A stretch of 64,000 nt of DNA from the human T2T-CHM13v2.0 reference genome, Homo sapiens. Below are positions 43,098 to 56,960 of the stretch, one piece after another. Numbering within the stretch: position 1 is the first letter of the stretch; the number at the start of each line of letters is the position of its first letter. The translations under genes were made by a program, and so were the position numbers. The notes below the pieces were generated by a model. The model was given only the letters and a program-made list of their open reading frames with translations. It was not told the DNA's origin and did no database searches. The stretch lies in the NCBI RefSeq assembly GCF_009914755.1, contig NC_060930.1; one strand, written 5' to 3'.

Positions 43098-43865
43098 GTG
43101 TATGAGTGGAGAAAACTCAAACTGTGTCTCTACCACTGCACGCTCTGACACCAGATGTGTGAGGACAACCTGATTGTCCTCCAATTCAATTATAACACTC
43201 TCCACCTGGAGACAGGGTCAGATCCCATAGTGGAGGGCTCAGTCTCCAAGACTGTTCACCCTTCAGACACCAGTGACAAGTCTAGGTCTGGGGAAATTTT
43301 GACTGAACGGCTTCAAGTTGGGGTTCCTACAACTCCCTCTTTGGGTTTGATTGGTTTACCTCAGTGGCTCACAGAACTCAGGAAAACATGTGCATTTACT
43401 GGTTTATCATGAAGCATATTACAAAGTATAAAGATTAAGAGGTGCATAGAGCAAGGTAGGGGGGAAGGGACGCAGAGCTTCCTTGCCATCTCTAGGCATG
43501 CCTCCCTTGAGGAACCTCCCCCCGTTCAGCTACCTGGAAGCTCCCCAAACCCAGTCCTTTTGGGTTTTCATGGAGGCTTTATTATGTAGGTAGGATTAAT
43601 TAGACCATTGGCCATTGGCAATCAACTCAATCTTCAGCCACTCTCTCCTCCTCAGAGGCTGCAGGATGGACTGAAAGTCCCAACCCTCTAATCCTGGTTT
43701 GGTCTTTTCAGTGTCCAGCCCCATCCTGTCCAGGAGCTGCCTAGGAGCTGTCAGCCATCAGTCAACTCATTCACATGAAAAGACACTACTTTGGACATTC
43801 CAGGATATTTAGAGTTGTATGCCAAGAAGTGGGTTGAAGACCAAATACATATTCATGGAATGACA
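43098..43865 (-). mobile_element. MER21A-like solo LTR
   Basis: 'cacctggagacagggtcagatcccatag', 'gtggctcacagaactcaggaaaaca', 'ctgaaagtcccaaccctctaatc' and 'gaagaccaaatacatatt'. Confidence 0.82.
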
Positions 43866-44202
43866 CGATGAAAGAGTGGTTTTAGCTCTCTGTAAAGCCA
43901 TGTAGGATGGATACTGAGAGAGGATGACTGAAAGCAGGGATCCAGAGAGGAGACTGTGGAAGCCATCTCGGTGTAGGTGGTGAAGACTCAGACGCACAAG
44001 TGGACATGTGCACGGAGTGGAAGGAGCAGACCCGCTGGCCATTCTAAAGGAAAACACAGTCGAGCTCCATACGGGAATAAATATGAGTAATGAGAGAGAA
44101 GAGGGAATCCAAGATCTACAAGGCTTGGCCTTTAGAAGGACTGGCATGAAGAGGAGATACTTTGTTTGTTTCAATATTCATGGTGGGTCTTTTATTCTCC
44201 AG

Positions 44203-44615
44203 GTTCTTGTCTCTGTTTTCTGTTGTTTATAACAGAATACCCACAACTGGGTGCTTTATTTTAAAAAGGCATTTATTTCTTATAGTTATGAAGGCTAATA
44301 AGTCCAAGGTCGAGAGGCTGTATATGGGGCTCCAGAGTCTTCTTGCTGGTGGGGCCTCTCTGCAGAGTCCTGGGGCAATGCAGAGCATCACATGGTGAGG
44401 GGGCTGAGCGTGCTAGCCAGATCTTCCTCTTCTTATAAAGCTGCCAGTCCCACTCCGAGGATAACCCATTAATCTATTAATCCAGTCATCCATGAATGGA
44501 TTAATTCATTCATCAGGGAAGAGCCTTCCTGAAAGATCTCAACTCTCAATATTGCCATGTTGGGGATTAAATTTTAACACGAGTTTTGAAGGGGACAGAC
44601 ATTCAAACCATAGCA
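44203..44615 (-). mobile_element. MaLR solo LTR (MSTC-like)
   Basis: 'ctctctgcagagtcc', 'catcacatggtgagggggctgagcgtgctagc' and terminal 'cattcaaaccatagca'. Confidence 0.85.
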
Positions 44616-44810
44616 GTTCTTATAATGCTGCCAGTCCCACTCCGAGGATAACCCATTAATCTATTAATCCAGTCATCCATGAATGGATTAATTCATTCAT
44701 CAGGGAAGAGCCTTCCTGAAAGATCTCAACTCTCAATATTGCCATGTTGGGGATTAAATTTTAACACGAGTTTTGAAGGGGACAGACATTCAAACCATAG
44801 CAGTTCTTAT
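44430..44810. repeat. 187-bp tandem duplication with 7-bp microhomology TTCTTAT
   Basis: Copies 44430-44616 and 44617-44803 differ at one base; TTCTTAT occurs at 44430, 44617 and 44804. Confidence 0.96.
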
Positions 44811-44971
44811 TGGCTGACATTAACTGTAACAACTTCCATTGGCTTTGCTGCTGGATTCATAATGCTTGCCCTTGAAAATACCCAGTGATTTTAGCCTGTC
44901 CAAGAGGGCCTCATCAATAGCCATGAAGGGCCCCTAGTGCTCTTCTAACCCATTTTCTTCTTACTGAGGTC

Positions 44972-45357
44972 TGCATTCGTCTGTTGGATCTGCCATAACG
45001 AAATCCACAAATGAGGGGGCTAAAACAACAGTCATTCATTTCTGCACAGTTCTGAAGGCTGGAAGTTCCAGAGCAAGATGTGGGCAGGATAGTTGTCTCC
45101 TGAGGCCTCTCTCCTTGGCTTGTCAATGGCTGTCTTCTCCCTGTGTCTTCACATGGTCACCCCTCAGTCTGTGTGTTGTCTTAGTCCTAATCTCTTTCTA
45201 TGAGGCCATCAGCCATCAGATTAGGGCCCACCCCTATGACCTCATTTTACCTTAATTACCTCATTAAGACCCTATCTCCAAGACAGCACATTCTGAGGTC
45301 CTGGGGGTCAGGACTCAATGTATGAATTTTAAGGAGAACAGAATTCAGCCCACAACA
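44972..45357 (-). mobile_element. MaLR solo LTR (MLT1B-like)
   Basis: TG...CA termini; 'tcctgaggcctctctccttggcttg'; 5-bp TSD AGGTC (44967-44971 and 45358-45362). Confidence 0.9.
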
Positions 45358-45972
45358 AGGTCCCTGCAGGAAGAGCTTTTGAGGGTGACCCCTTACCAAG
45401 ATCTATCCTCAAGGACGACATCAATATGTGAGCCAGTAGTGTCTTCTCCCAGCGTTCCTGCAGCTGCCAGCCTTGAAGATGCAAAAGCACCCTGTGTGCT
45501 CTTTGGTCCTTCTTTGCCCGAGACACCCTGTACTCCCCACACATCCTTGGTCACTGGGTTCTGGATCTCACCACCTCTTCATGAAGATAGTACCTCTAGC
45601 TCCTCTTTCATGAGGCTCAGAGATGAGTCCCCAAGGCTTGGCTGGTGGTAGGTTTCTGTGACCTGTCCACCTGAGGGTGTATTCAGAACCACTTCTCCCT
45701 TCCTGACACTAGTTCATCTCACTGGAAAATGAGTTCATTCCCAAAAGGATCCATAGCCCCCCATCCTTCTGATGCACTTGGCATTGCCCAGTAAGCTGTG
45801 ACTCCTAAACAGTGGGCTGTGTGGAATGATTTGTGCTTCTATGTTTTGCTCTTAAAAGACAACTTTCACAGAAGGCTTTTTATAGGTATGTTTTTTGTAG
45901 GCTTTTTATGGTATCTTTCTGAGATACTTTTGCTGTTGGTACTTCATAGCCTCTGTCATAAACTAGGATGGA

Positions 45973-46403
<431 letters not shown>

Positions 46404-46621
46404 TCAGTGCTTATCCAGTAATTGACACATAGGAAAACATCAATAACTGTGGATTGTTGAAGGCATATGTGGCAATGGTAACTAAGCACTTGAACAAGAC
46501 AGAGATCCAACAACTAATTATCATTTGGAGCTTAAATCATATTCTCTGGGTATTTTTTTGAGCAAAGACATACTGGAAGTCTTAGTCCTCCACAACGGAC
46601 CCCAATTTAGGTCCGAAAACT

Positions 46622-48065
46622 CACATAGGCATAACCATAGCCATGAACATAAACACAACCATGGACACAGACACAGACATAAACACAACCATAGCCATAA
46701 CTACAGATGTACATGTAGACATAAACATAGTCATCAATGTAGGTATCAACAGCAACACAGAAGTAGACATAGACCTAGACATAGCCATAGCCACAGCCAT
46801 AGACACGGCCATCAACACAGACGCAGACATCAACAGCAACGTAGACATAGACATAGTCATTAATGTAGGTATCAACAGCAACATAGACGTAGACATAGAC
46901 CTAGACATGGCCATAGCCACAGCCATAGACACGGCCATCAACACAGATGCAGACATCAACAGCAACATAGACATAGACATAGTCATCAATGTAGGTATCA
47001 ACAGCAACATAGAAGTAGATATAGACCTAGACATGGCCATAGCCACAGCCATAGACATGGCCATCAACACAGACGCAGATATCAACAGCAACATAGACAT
47101 AGACATAGTCATTAATGTAGATATCAACAGCAACATAGAAGTAGACATAGACCTAGACATGGCCATAGCCACAGCCATAGACACGGCCATCAACACAGAC
47201 ACAGACATCAACAGTGACGTAGACATAGCCATAGACATAGCCATAGCCAGAGACACAGACATCAACAGCAACATAGACATAGACATAGTCATTAATGTAG
47301 ATATCAACAGCAACATAGACGTAGACATAGACTTAGACATGGCCATAGCCACAGCCATAGACATAGCCATCAACACAGACACAGACATCAACAGTGACGT
47401 AGACATAGCCATAGACATGGCCATCAACACAGACACAGACATCAACAGCAACATAGACATAGACATAGACATAGCCATAACCAGAGACACAGACATCAAC
47501 AGCAACGTAGACATAGACATAGTCATCAATGTACGTATCAACAGCAACATAGACGTAGACATAGACCTAGACATGGCCATAGCCACAGCCATAGACATAG
47601 CCATCAACACAGACACAGACATCAACAGTGACGTAGACATAGCCATAGACATAGCCTAGCCACATCCATATATATAGCCATCAATACAGACGCAGACATC
47701 AATCGTGACATAGACATAGCCATAGACACAGCCATAACCAGAGACACAGACATCAACAGCAACATAGACATAGACATAGCATAGCCGTCAACATAGACAT
47801 AACCATCAACATTGCCATCAACATTGACACAGACATAGCCATCAACACAGACATCAACAGTGACATAGACATAGACAAAACCATAGACATAGCCATTAAC
47901 ATCGACATCTACACTGATATCGACGTAGACAAAACCATAGACATAGACATAAAGGTAGCCATAGCCATAGAGGCAGACATAAATATAGACGTAATCATAG
48001 ACACAGCAGATGTAGCCGTAGACACAGCCATAACTGCAGCCATACCCACAGACACAGACATGCAC
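46622..48065. repeat. Hexamer-derived (ATAGAC/ACAGAC/ATAGCC/ATCAAC) VNTR with 126-bp and 54-bp higher-order units
   Basis: Anchor 'acatagtca' recurs at 46725, 46851, 46977, 47103, 47283 and 47517 (spacings 126, 126, 126, 180, 234). Confidence 0.95.
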
Positions 48066-48352
48066 ATATTCATATCAGTAGTTCTTTGTCTTCTGTGGAC
48101 ACTGCTCAAGCAAAAGAAATTTGGAAACAGGAAATTCTACTCACTAAGAGTGTTTCTGTCCCATTTCTAGCATCTTCTCAGCCACATAGTACAGTGTGTG
48201 CACCATGGTTTCATAGTGTTCTGGATGCTGCCGGGGAAGTAGTGACTATCCCCCTTCAGCACACCCATGGCACAGTACACATCCTGGATTCTGCAAGCCA
48301 TATCTGGCACTGTTGCCACTTCATCAGTTCATATTGTGGGAGGAATTAAGAT

Positions 48353-48372
48353 GTGAGCCACCGCGCCCGGCC
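48353..48372 (-). mobile_element. Orphan 20-nt Alu 5' terminus
   Basis: GTGAGCCACCGCGCCCGGCC is the exact reverse complement of Alu nt 1-20; no other Alu sequence is adjacent. Confidence 0.8.
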
Positions 48373-48583
48373 AATCATGACACTTTTGACGTGTTAAGTC
48401 AGATAATATTTTGTTGTGGGAAGCTGTTCTGTGTATTGTAGGCTACTTAGAAACACCCCTGGTCTCCACCCACCGCTGAGGGCCAGGGACCCCCTTCCCC
48501 TTGTGGTGACAATGGAAAGCATCTCCGACTTTGGCAAATGTTCATCACCTCCTCCCTCCCCAGACACCGTTTGACAACCAGTG
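48373..48583. mobile_element. MER20 DNA transposon lacking one terminus
   Basis: 'cagataatattttgttgtggg..gctgttctgtgtattgtagg', 'gtgacaatggaaagcatctccgactttggcaaatgt' and 'tgacaaccagtg'. Confidence 0.8.
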
Positions 48584-50081
48584 GCCCACCACACAGGGAA
48601 CAGAGTGGGGAATAGATATGGGAAAGGAATTTCTAGAAATCTCCAGGAGCTCACCACTGTGGCAGCAGGGATGAGGAAATACATCAAAAGGTGATCTAAG
48701 TGGGAATTAATTTGATCTTGGCTTCCAACAGCTCCCCTTCCCCATCTTCCTGCCTCCTCCACCCCCACCGGCTATGCACATTCTTTTCTCTTTCACTGAA
48801 CCTGTTCCAGTATCTGTGCAATCCTCCAGATCAAATTCATTTGCCTTTGACAATTGCCCCTTTGATTCCATGTGGAGGGGGAGGGTGGGCTGTCCCGTCC
48901 TGCGGTGAGAGGCTCCTTTCGGTTCCCTGTGATCTCCCTAGGTGTATAGATTGCAAAACTCAGGTATAGACAAGGAGCTTAGACAATAGACAGACTCATT
49001 AGGGAGCCCTTTGAAGTGAGCAAACAAGGCAGTGGCAGACGCCTCCTCTTCCCCTTTCTCCCTCTCTCTTTCTTCCCGTCCTTCATTCCAGATGCCCATG
49101 GTGGGAACTGGCAAAGCAAAGATCGAAAAGGATGGAATGAGGAAAGAAGTGAGTCTTTAGAGGAGACGTGGAAGCTCCCCGTTGCCTCCTCTCCTCACTG
49201 GGCAGTGAGCCCAGGAGGCAGCACCCTGCACGGTCACCTGAGACTGGACCTGAGGCTGGGGGAGGCACTTCTGAGGCCAGACCTGGTGTTACTGTGGGGG
49301 CTGCAGGGGATGGGTGCTGGGGTGCAGATGACAAGCAGGCTAGATGGACGTAAAGGCATGGCCTGAAACGTGTCGGAGGGAACAACTCTTCTCTACTCCA
49401 AACTTCCTTTCCACATGTGGGTGAGAAAAGTCCACTTAAAATCTCCAGCCCCTGCCTTTCCTCTCTATCCTCGGAAATCTGTCCATGCTCCAGGCCACGA
49501 GTACCCATCCCAGCGGGGGAATAAGACCTACCTATCCCCTGTGATTCCTGACTTCATGCCACTGCCCTGGAGAATAGCACAGGCTAAAGGTGCATTTGCA
49601 TACGGAATAAATGCAAGGAGGCTGCTGCTTTGACCTTGCCTTATTCAACACAGAGACTGGAGGCTATCCTAAAAGAGCTAAGGCCAGCATGAGAACAAAT
49701 GAACCACAGGGCATCTACTGTCAACTGGAGAAGACCCGTGAAAGCAATATTTCTAAAACAGCATGATAGCAGCTTTGAAAATCAAAGCAGGAGGACTTCC
49801 TGGGACTTCATGGAAAGAACCATAACATCTAGCAGGTCCCACTTCATGGAAGTCTTTGGCGGGGGGAGTGTCACCTCTGAAGTATCTTCAAGTCTTTGGA
49901 CTTTGCACTGTGCACAGCAAGTTTTCTTGCTGGAGAGAAACCAAGCCCTTCACTGACACTACTTTCAGTGTTCACAACGCACTCCAGGGGAGGGGCTGTC
50001 AATCAGGCTTCGGGGTAAGTGACCTCACTCGGGCCAGTTAGAAAGTCAGTGGCACATCTGGAAGCAGAAGACTCCACAGCC

Positions 50082-50377
50082 GGCCGGACGAGGTGGCTCA
50101 AGCCTGTAATCCCAGCACTTTGGGAGGCCGAGGCAGGCAGATGACGAGGTCAGGAGATTGAGACCATCCTGGCTAACACAGTGAAACCCCGTCTCTACTA
50201 AAAATACAAAAAATTAGCCGGGCGTGGTGGCAGATGCCTGTAGTCCCAGCTATTCAGGAGGCTGAGGCAGGAGAATGGCGTGAACCCGGGAGGCGGAGCT
50301 TGCTGTGAGCCGTGATCCTGCCACTGCACTCCAGCCTGGGTGACAGAGCGAGACTCCATCTCAGAAAAAAAAAAAAA
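50082..50377 (+). mobile_element. AluY
   Basis: AluY diagnostics; TSD AAG(A/G)CTCCACAGCC (50068-50081 and 50378-50391). Confidence 0.95.
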
Positions 50378-50736
50378 AAGGCTCCACAGCCCTGGGTGTC
50401 CTCATCTGGTGTCTGGGAGACAGTGAGCACCGCCTATCTGGGACACTGAGCCACCGGCAGCCTTGACAGAGCCAGGACATGCGGCCCCACACAGGGCAAA
50501 CACAAGGAGTCGGTGTGCTGGCCCCTGGCTCCGGCCCCTCCGGGAGCTGCCAGAGACCCTGTGTTAGCTCTGTGCTATCTTCCAGGGGGCACACCAGATT
50601 CCACAACAACCCCCATCCTTTAAATAATATGGTCTCTCCTTTTATGAGCAAATTGCAAACTGTTTATCATGAGATTTTTTGAAGTATGACTTTTGTTATA
50701 AAAGATTAGAGAGTTTTTGCTGAGAAATAGAAGAAA

Positions 50737-50828
50737 ACAAAAGAAAATAAACTATAGTCCCACACGGTTATGCAAAGATAACACAAAAGAAAATAAACTA
50801 TAGTCCCACACTGTTATACAAAGATGAC
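50737..50828. repeat. 46-bp tandem duplication
   Basis: ACAAAAGAAAATAAACTATAGTCCCACAC.GTTAT.CAAAGAT occurs twice. Confidence 0.88.
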
Positions 50829-50880
50829 TATTGCTAACATTTTGTTTATATTCACCCAGTCTGTTCTTTGCAGGATGTAC

Positions 50881-50992
50881 TTTTTTTGGGAGAGTTGATG
50901 TCTCCCTATGTTGTCCAGGCTGGTCTTGAACTCCTGGCCTCAAATGACCCTTCACTTTGGCCTCTCAAAGTACTGGGATTACAGGCCTGGCC
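50881..50992 (-). mobile_element. FLAM (Alu monomer)
   Basis: 'tccaggctggtcttgaactcctggcctcaaatgacc...gggattacagg'; flanked by A(G/A)GATGTAC. Confidence 0.8.
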
Positions 50993-51112
50993 AAGATGTA
51001 CATTTTTAAAGATAAGCTATTTATCACTCTTCATTAATTTTCCCCAAATGCTTTTGCTTTTTGGAAGGTGTCACACATGTGTCACACACGTGATATGCAA
51101 GTGTGTCTTACT

Positions 51113-51295
51113 GCAATGGTTCTCCATGGTTTTCGATGGGCATTGTACTCACCTATGGAGGTTTTGAAAATATGGATGCCTGGGTTCTGACCCCAGAAGC
51201 CCTTTTCTTTTTAATTGGTTTGGGTGTGGTCTGAAAATCTGGATATTTAAACTATCTCCAGTTAATTACACTGTGCAACCCGTGTTGAAAATCTG
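51113..51295. mobile_element. MER5A-like DNA transposon
   Basis: 'caatggttctc...gatgcctgggttctgaccccaga...ttaattggtttgggtgtgg...gttgaaaatc'. Confidence 0.65.
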
Positions 51296-52384
51296 CTCCT
51301 GGGTCTTCCTGCTAATGCCCTTTTCTGGCAAGCGCCAGCCTATCTGGGCCAGCGTCAGCCCTCCTGTGTTACACGGAGCTCACCAGAGCACAGCCTTCGC
51401 CCCAGTCCCGCTGCTGCTCCCTGCAGCTGTTGCTATCTTGCTTCCACCCAATGCTGTCCCTCAGCGCTCCCCTTCCACATCCCACCCAGTAAGGAACTAC
51501 TCGCAGCGACCCCATGGCGACGTGATTTCTTTCTGCAGTGCAGACCTACTTGTTGTAGGCTCAAGGGTGGAGTTAGCAATTTAAAGAATTAAAATGTAGG
51601 TTGCCACCCATCTCAGCCTGGCATATGCTCCCATCATCCCCAGGAGGCAAGTAAAATGTATAGAAACCAGACAGCAGGTTCCAGCATCTAGACACCTGAG
51701 AACCATAAAAACGAGTCCCTGCTGGCTGTGCCGGCAGCCTCGTCTTCCTGGAGAAGATAAGAAGAGATTAAGATTGCTTTTGGAAGCACTCTAAATGCTA
51801 GGTTTATGATAAAGCTCATCTGCCACTTGCAATCAGAAAGTGCTAGTCCTGATAACAAGAGTATTAAACCTCTCCTGGCAGATTTCTGTGTCTTTTTTGA
51901 AAAACAACAAGATGGAGGTTTCTTTAATGCCTGTTCTTACCTTTCCTGTTTGTCTGGGACATGTGGATATCTTCAAAAAGCCCATACATTATCACTTGGG
52001 TATATGGGCAGCTTAAAACTATGTTTTGCAATATTTTACAGTTGTCCAATTGTCCCCAACCCCTTGTAGTTATGTCATTCTGCAGGTCTGAATGACATAA
52101 CTAGAACTGATTTGAAGAAGAGTCCCAGTCATTACTGATACTGTGTTTCTTCCAACTCTTACACTCTGGGATCCCATATCCAGGGAAGAAGGCACTGTGG
52201 GGGTGAGTGCCCCAGCACGCTAGGCCTAACTGTGTTTTCCCACAGCGTGCTGGTCAGCAGACACAGAGTGTGGTGTGGCAATGACTGTATACAAAGCCTC
52301 TTGGTTTAAATAACTTCAGGCCAAAGTGTTGGCCAGGGTGAACCTGTTGACCAGGGGACACAAAGGAGGTAAACACTAAAACCT

Positions 52385-53350
<966 letters not shown>

Positions 53351-54086
53351 AAAAACTCAAAACCTTGCTTTTATGAACTTATACAGAAAACAACACAAAT
53401 CTCCTCAATGTGATGGAGAATCACCTTTGTGTAAAGTGGCTTAGTTGCTGTAAGAGCTCAGAGAGGGGAATGTCAGGCTCGGGTGGAGGTGGGGATCTGA
53501 GAGGGACTGGGGCAGAGAGTCACGGGGTTGAGCCCTGCCGGTGAGGCAGGTTTCAGAGGCCGGAGGAGCCTGGGACTCAGGACAGAAAGAATTTTATTTT
53601 CCTCATGATGCCTTGGGGGAATGAGGATTAGACACACTAGTTTCTCTTCTTTTTCCATTTTGCTACCCATTGGAGACGCTTTCTCTTTCTATTTTCCCCC
53701 AGAGAACGCAGACTCACAAAAAGTGAATGACAAAGAGGATCTCTGTGGTTCCAGAAGGCGGTGAGTCCGGGGAAGGATAGCAGAGAATCGAAGGCACCAC
53801 AGCGGTTTCAATAGTTGTCTTTTGATTTTGAAATAATTTCAAACTTACTGAAAAATTGCAAGCATAGTACAAAGAATTCCATATACCATTTTTCTGCCTT
53901 CTCCAATTGTTATTTAGCATACCTACTTGATGATTTTCCCTTTTTTACATCTATATATCATACACACACACACACACATATAAATGCACACGCACACACT
54001 TTTTACTCTAAACACATATTTTCTAAAGGCAAAGAAGCCTTCCTATAAGCACAGTACAACCATCCAAATCAAGAAATTAGCATTAA

Positions 54087-54190
54087 CAACAATGTGAACA
54101 TAGCAACCACCACCAAACTGTACACTTAGAAATAATTAAGATGGTAATTTTTATGTTATGCATTTTAACTACAATAAAAAATAAGTTAAA
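54087..54190 (+). mobile_element. Short 5'-truncated L1 3' end nested in the L1MC
   Basis: 'ctgtacacttagaaataattaagatggtaatttttatgttatg..caataaaaaa'; 16-bp TSD AAGAAATTA(G/A)CATTAA (54071-54086 and 54191-54206). Confidence 0.75.
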
Positions 54191-54314
54191 AAGAAATTAA
54201 CATTAATACATCATTATCCTCTAATCCACTGACCCCATTTAAATTTCACTATTTATCCCAATGTTTTTACTGCAAAATATATACACTCAAAATATATATA
54301 AAATATATACTATT

Positions 54315-54527
54315 ACTATCTATCCATCTACATATGTATCTATCTGTCTCTCTGTATGTCTATCATCTACCTATCTATAATCTATATATCTATATAAATA
54401 GATATATCTTCCTACCTATGTATCTATCATCTATCTATCTATGCATGTTTGTCTGTTTATCTATCTATGTAACTATCTATCTATGTATCCATCAATTTAT
54501 GTATCTGTCTGTCTGTCCATCTATACA
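54315..54527. repeat. Degenerate (TCTA)n tract
   Basis: Read directly. Confidence 0.88.
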
Positions 54528-55943
54528 CACAGTGGTCCAGGATGGGATGAAGACTGCACGTCGCACTTGGCTGCCATGTCTCTCCTCCCCTCCTCTGAGG
54601 AAGAGCTGCTCAGTCCTTCCATATCTTTCATGGCCTCAACATTTTTGAGAACAACAGCCACTAAAGTGTCCCACAATTTGGGTTTATCTGGACCTGTCCT
54701 GTGATTACGTTGAGGGTGTGCATTCTGGACAGGAATCCCGCAGAAATGGTGTCTTCTCAGTGGCTCACCCGGCAAGATGGGTGATGTTGCAGTGTCTTAC
54801 GGCTGCCCAGGCTGAATCAGCTCCCCTGGCGGGACGGTCTTCCTGGCTTCTCCACTGGAAAGTTCTTGTTTGTGCTTATAGTTTCTGACTATTCTGTAGT
54901 GAAAAACTCTGAGATAGGCAAATACCTCCTTCCTTATCAAACTTTCCTCCACTGGTTTTAGCACCCATTGGTGATTCCTGCCAGAATCAATTATTACTAT
55001 TTTGTTTCCAAATGGGAAATGTTTAATTTCACATCTCCTTCTACACTTAATTGTTGGCATCCTACTATCAGGATAACTTTTACTTTTTCTCCCATGTATT
55101 TTTTTTTTTTTTTGCATCACAGTAAACTCATGAATTCTTATTTTATTCAGTGGGTTATAATCTGTTATTATCACTTATTTTGATGCTCAGCTTATCCAAG
55201 ATCTGGCCAGTGGTTTCACCTCTGCGTGGCTCCTGCATCCTTTCTACGCCCCCATCATTCTTGGACATGTCCTTACTTTCTGGTAAAAGATTTTCCAAGC
55301 TAATCTTGGAATTACCCTGCCTCAGCCTGGAATCAGCCATTTTTCCAAGAAATTCTGCATTCTTTTAGTGGAGAATGTTATTTAGAAACCAGTATGTGGA
55401 TGCTGGATAAGCTCATTGCTATTGCTGTACGTTCATTGAGCTCTTCAGCAGAGGGAGCTAGGAGGTATACGCTTATATGCATATCCCCCCAACACACACA
55501 CAGGCAAGTATGTCTATATCCATCTCTAACTGTGTATACTAAAAACCTTGAGTTCACCCAGATACCACCGATTCCAACCCAACACCACAGGGTTTGTTCT
55601 AGCCTCCCCACTTTCTGCACTTACAACTCTCTTCTTCAATGGTGAGGAACCTGACTCCCTCTGTCCTCAGCACAGTCACTCACCTTCTCAATCCCATGCA
55701 TGCACAGTCTCCAGGTTGGTCACCTCCTCTGTCGTCCCTATGCTGGCCTCTCCTCATCCCCTCCTCAGCCTCAACCCACCAGGCCTTCTCTGAGCTTCTC
55801 TCCTGGGCCCCAACCACTCCCACTGCCTCTGGCTGCCTCTGGAATCTCACCTCGTTGGCCTCCTCCAATAGATATTATTTAAACAAAATAAAGAAAAAAA
55901 TGGAAGCAATGGGAAGGATAACATCTTTATGTGAACTCTCTTA

Positions 55944-56300
55944 CAGCTGACCCTTGAACAACACAACAACACAGGTTTAAACTGTGCAGGTCCACTTATA
56001 TGCGCATTCTCTTCCATATCTGGTACCCCTGAGACAGCAAGGCCAACTCCTTCTTTTCCTCCTCCTCCACACAATTTTCTTAATAACATTTTCTTTTCTC
56101 TAGCTTATTTTATTGTAAGAATACAGTATGTAATACATACAGCATACATAACGTGTTAGTCGATGGTTTACGCTCTCAGTAAGGCTTCTGGTCAACAGTA
56201 GCTGTTAGAGTCAAGTTTTTGGGGAGTCAAAAATTGTATGTGGGGTTTTGACTTGCAGGGGTCACCACCCCTAAACCCTGCATTGTTCACGGCTCAACTG
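55944..56300. mobile_element. Tigger2a-like (Tc1/mariner) non-autonomous element
   Basis: TIRs CAGCTGACCCTTGAACAA ... TTGTTCACGGCTCAACTG; TA on the left; internal 'cccctgagacagcaaggccaac'. Confidence 0.85.
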
Positions 56301-56637
56301 GTGGATGCTCCTGGAATCTTGCTCTCTCTCTCTCTAATTTGTGGTTATCAAAAGTATGTAGAAGAAAAAGTTGTCTCCAAATCTGGAGGGTAAGAGGATT
56401 AGGGTGGGGAAGGTATAGGGGTTTGGGAGTGCTCTCTAGGGATTGTCTGGAAGCTGCCCCTACCTTCAACTGAGAATAGCTTCTCTAGATACAATTACTG
56501 CTTCTCGAAAGTTTCTCATTTACCACTGAAGTTAAATAAATAGAATTTGTATTTTTTGGATTCTATGACAATAATGATAACATTTGTCATAGATGTAATA
56601 TTAGCTTTGCAGGGGAAAATCCTCTTTACCTTAAATG

Positions 56638-56960
56638 TGTGTATTAGACAGGATAGGACAAGCTATGCTGTGGTAACACACAAAGGCCACAGCATTCTTT
56701 CACATCATCACGGTTCATTCCTTTCTCAGGTCACAGTTGAATGTGGGCCGGGCCGCCACTCTCCTTATGCGGGGATGCCCTCTAGAGCACAGGTCCCCCA
56801 CTGTCAGGGGAAGAGGGAAATGAAGGAGGCTTACTAGCTTTTAGCTGCCTCAACCTGAAGGCGATGCACAATGCCTTTGTTCTTATTTCATGAGTCCAGG
56901 AAAACTGCAAAGAAGGCTGGGAAATGGAAGAAAGAGCATGGATATTTAGTGAGCACGAAG
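56638..56960 (-). mobile_element. Old MaLR LTR (MLT1K/J-like)
   Basis: 'tgtattagacaggataggacaagctatgctgtggtaaca...ggctgggaaatg'. Confidence 0.55.

Larger units (their letters stand above)
53815..55690 (-). mobile_element. L1MC-like 3'UTR with embedded simple repeats
   Basis: 'ttttgaaataatttcaaacttactgaaaaattgcaag' and 'cagcctggaatcagccatttttccaagaa..tggagaatg.tatttagaaacc'. Confidence 0.75.

Noticed and set aside
46622-48065. CRISPR-like array or bona fide gene (including the His-rich ORF 46525-46863)
   Set aside because: There are no unique spacers and the context is eukaryotic. The ORFs follow from hexamer periodicity and lack promoter or splice support.
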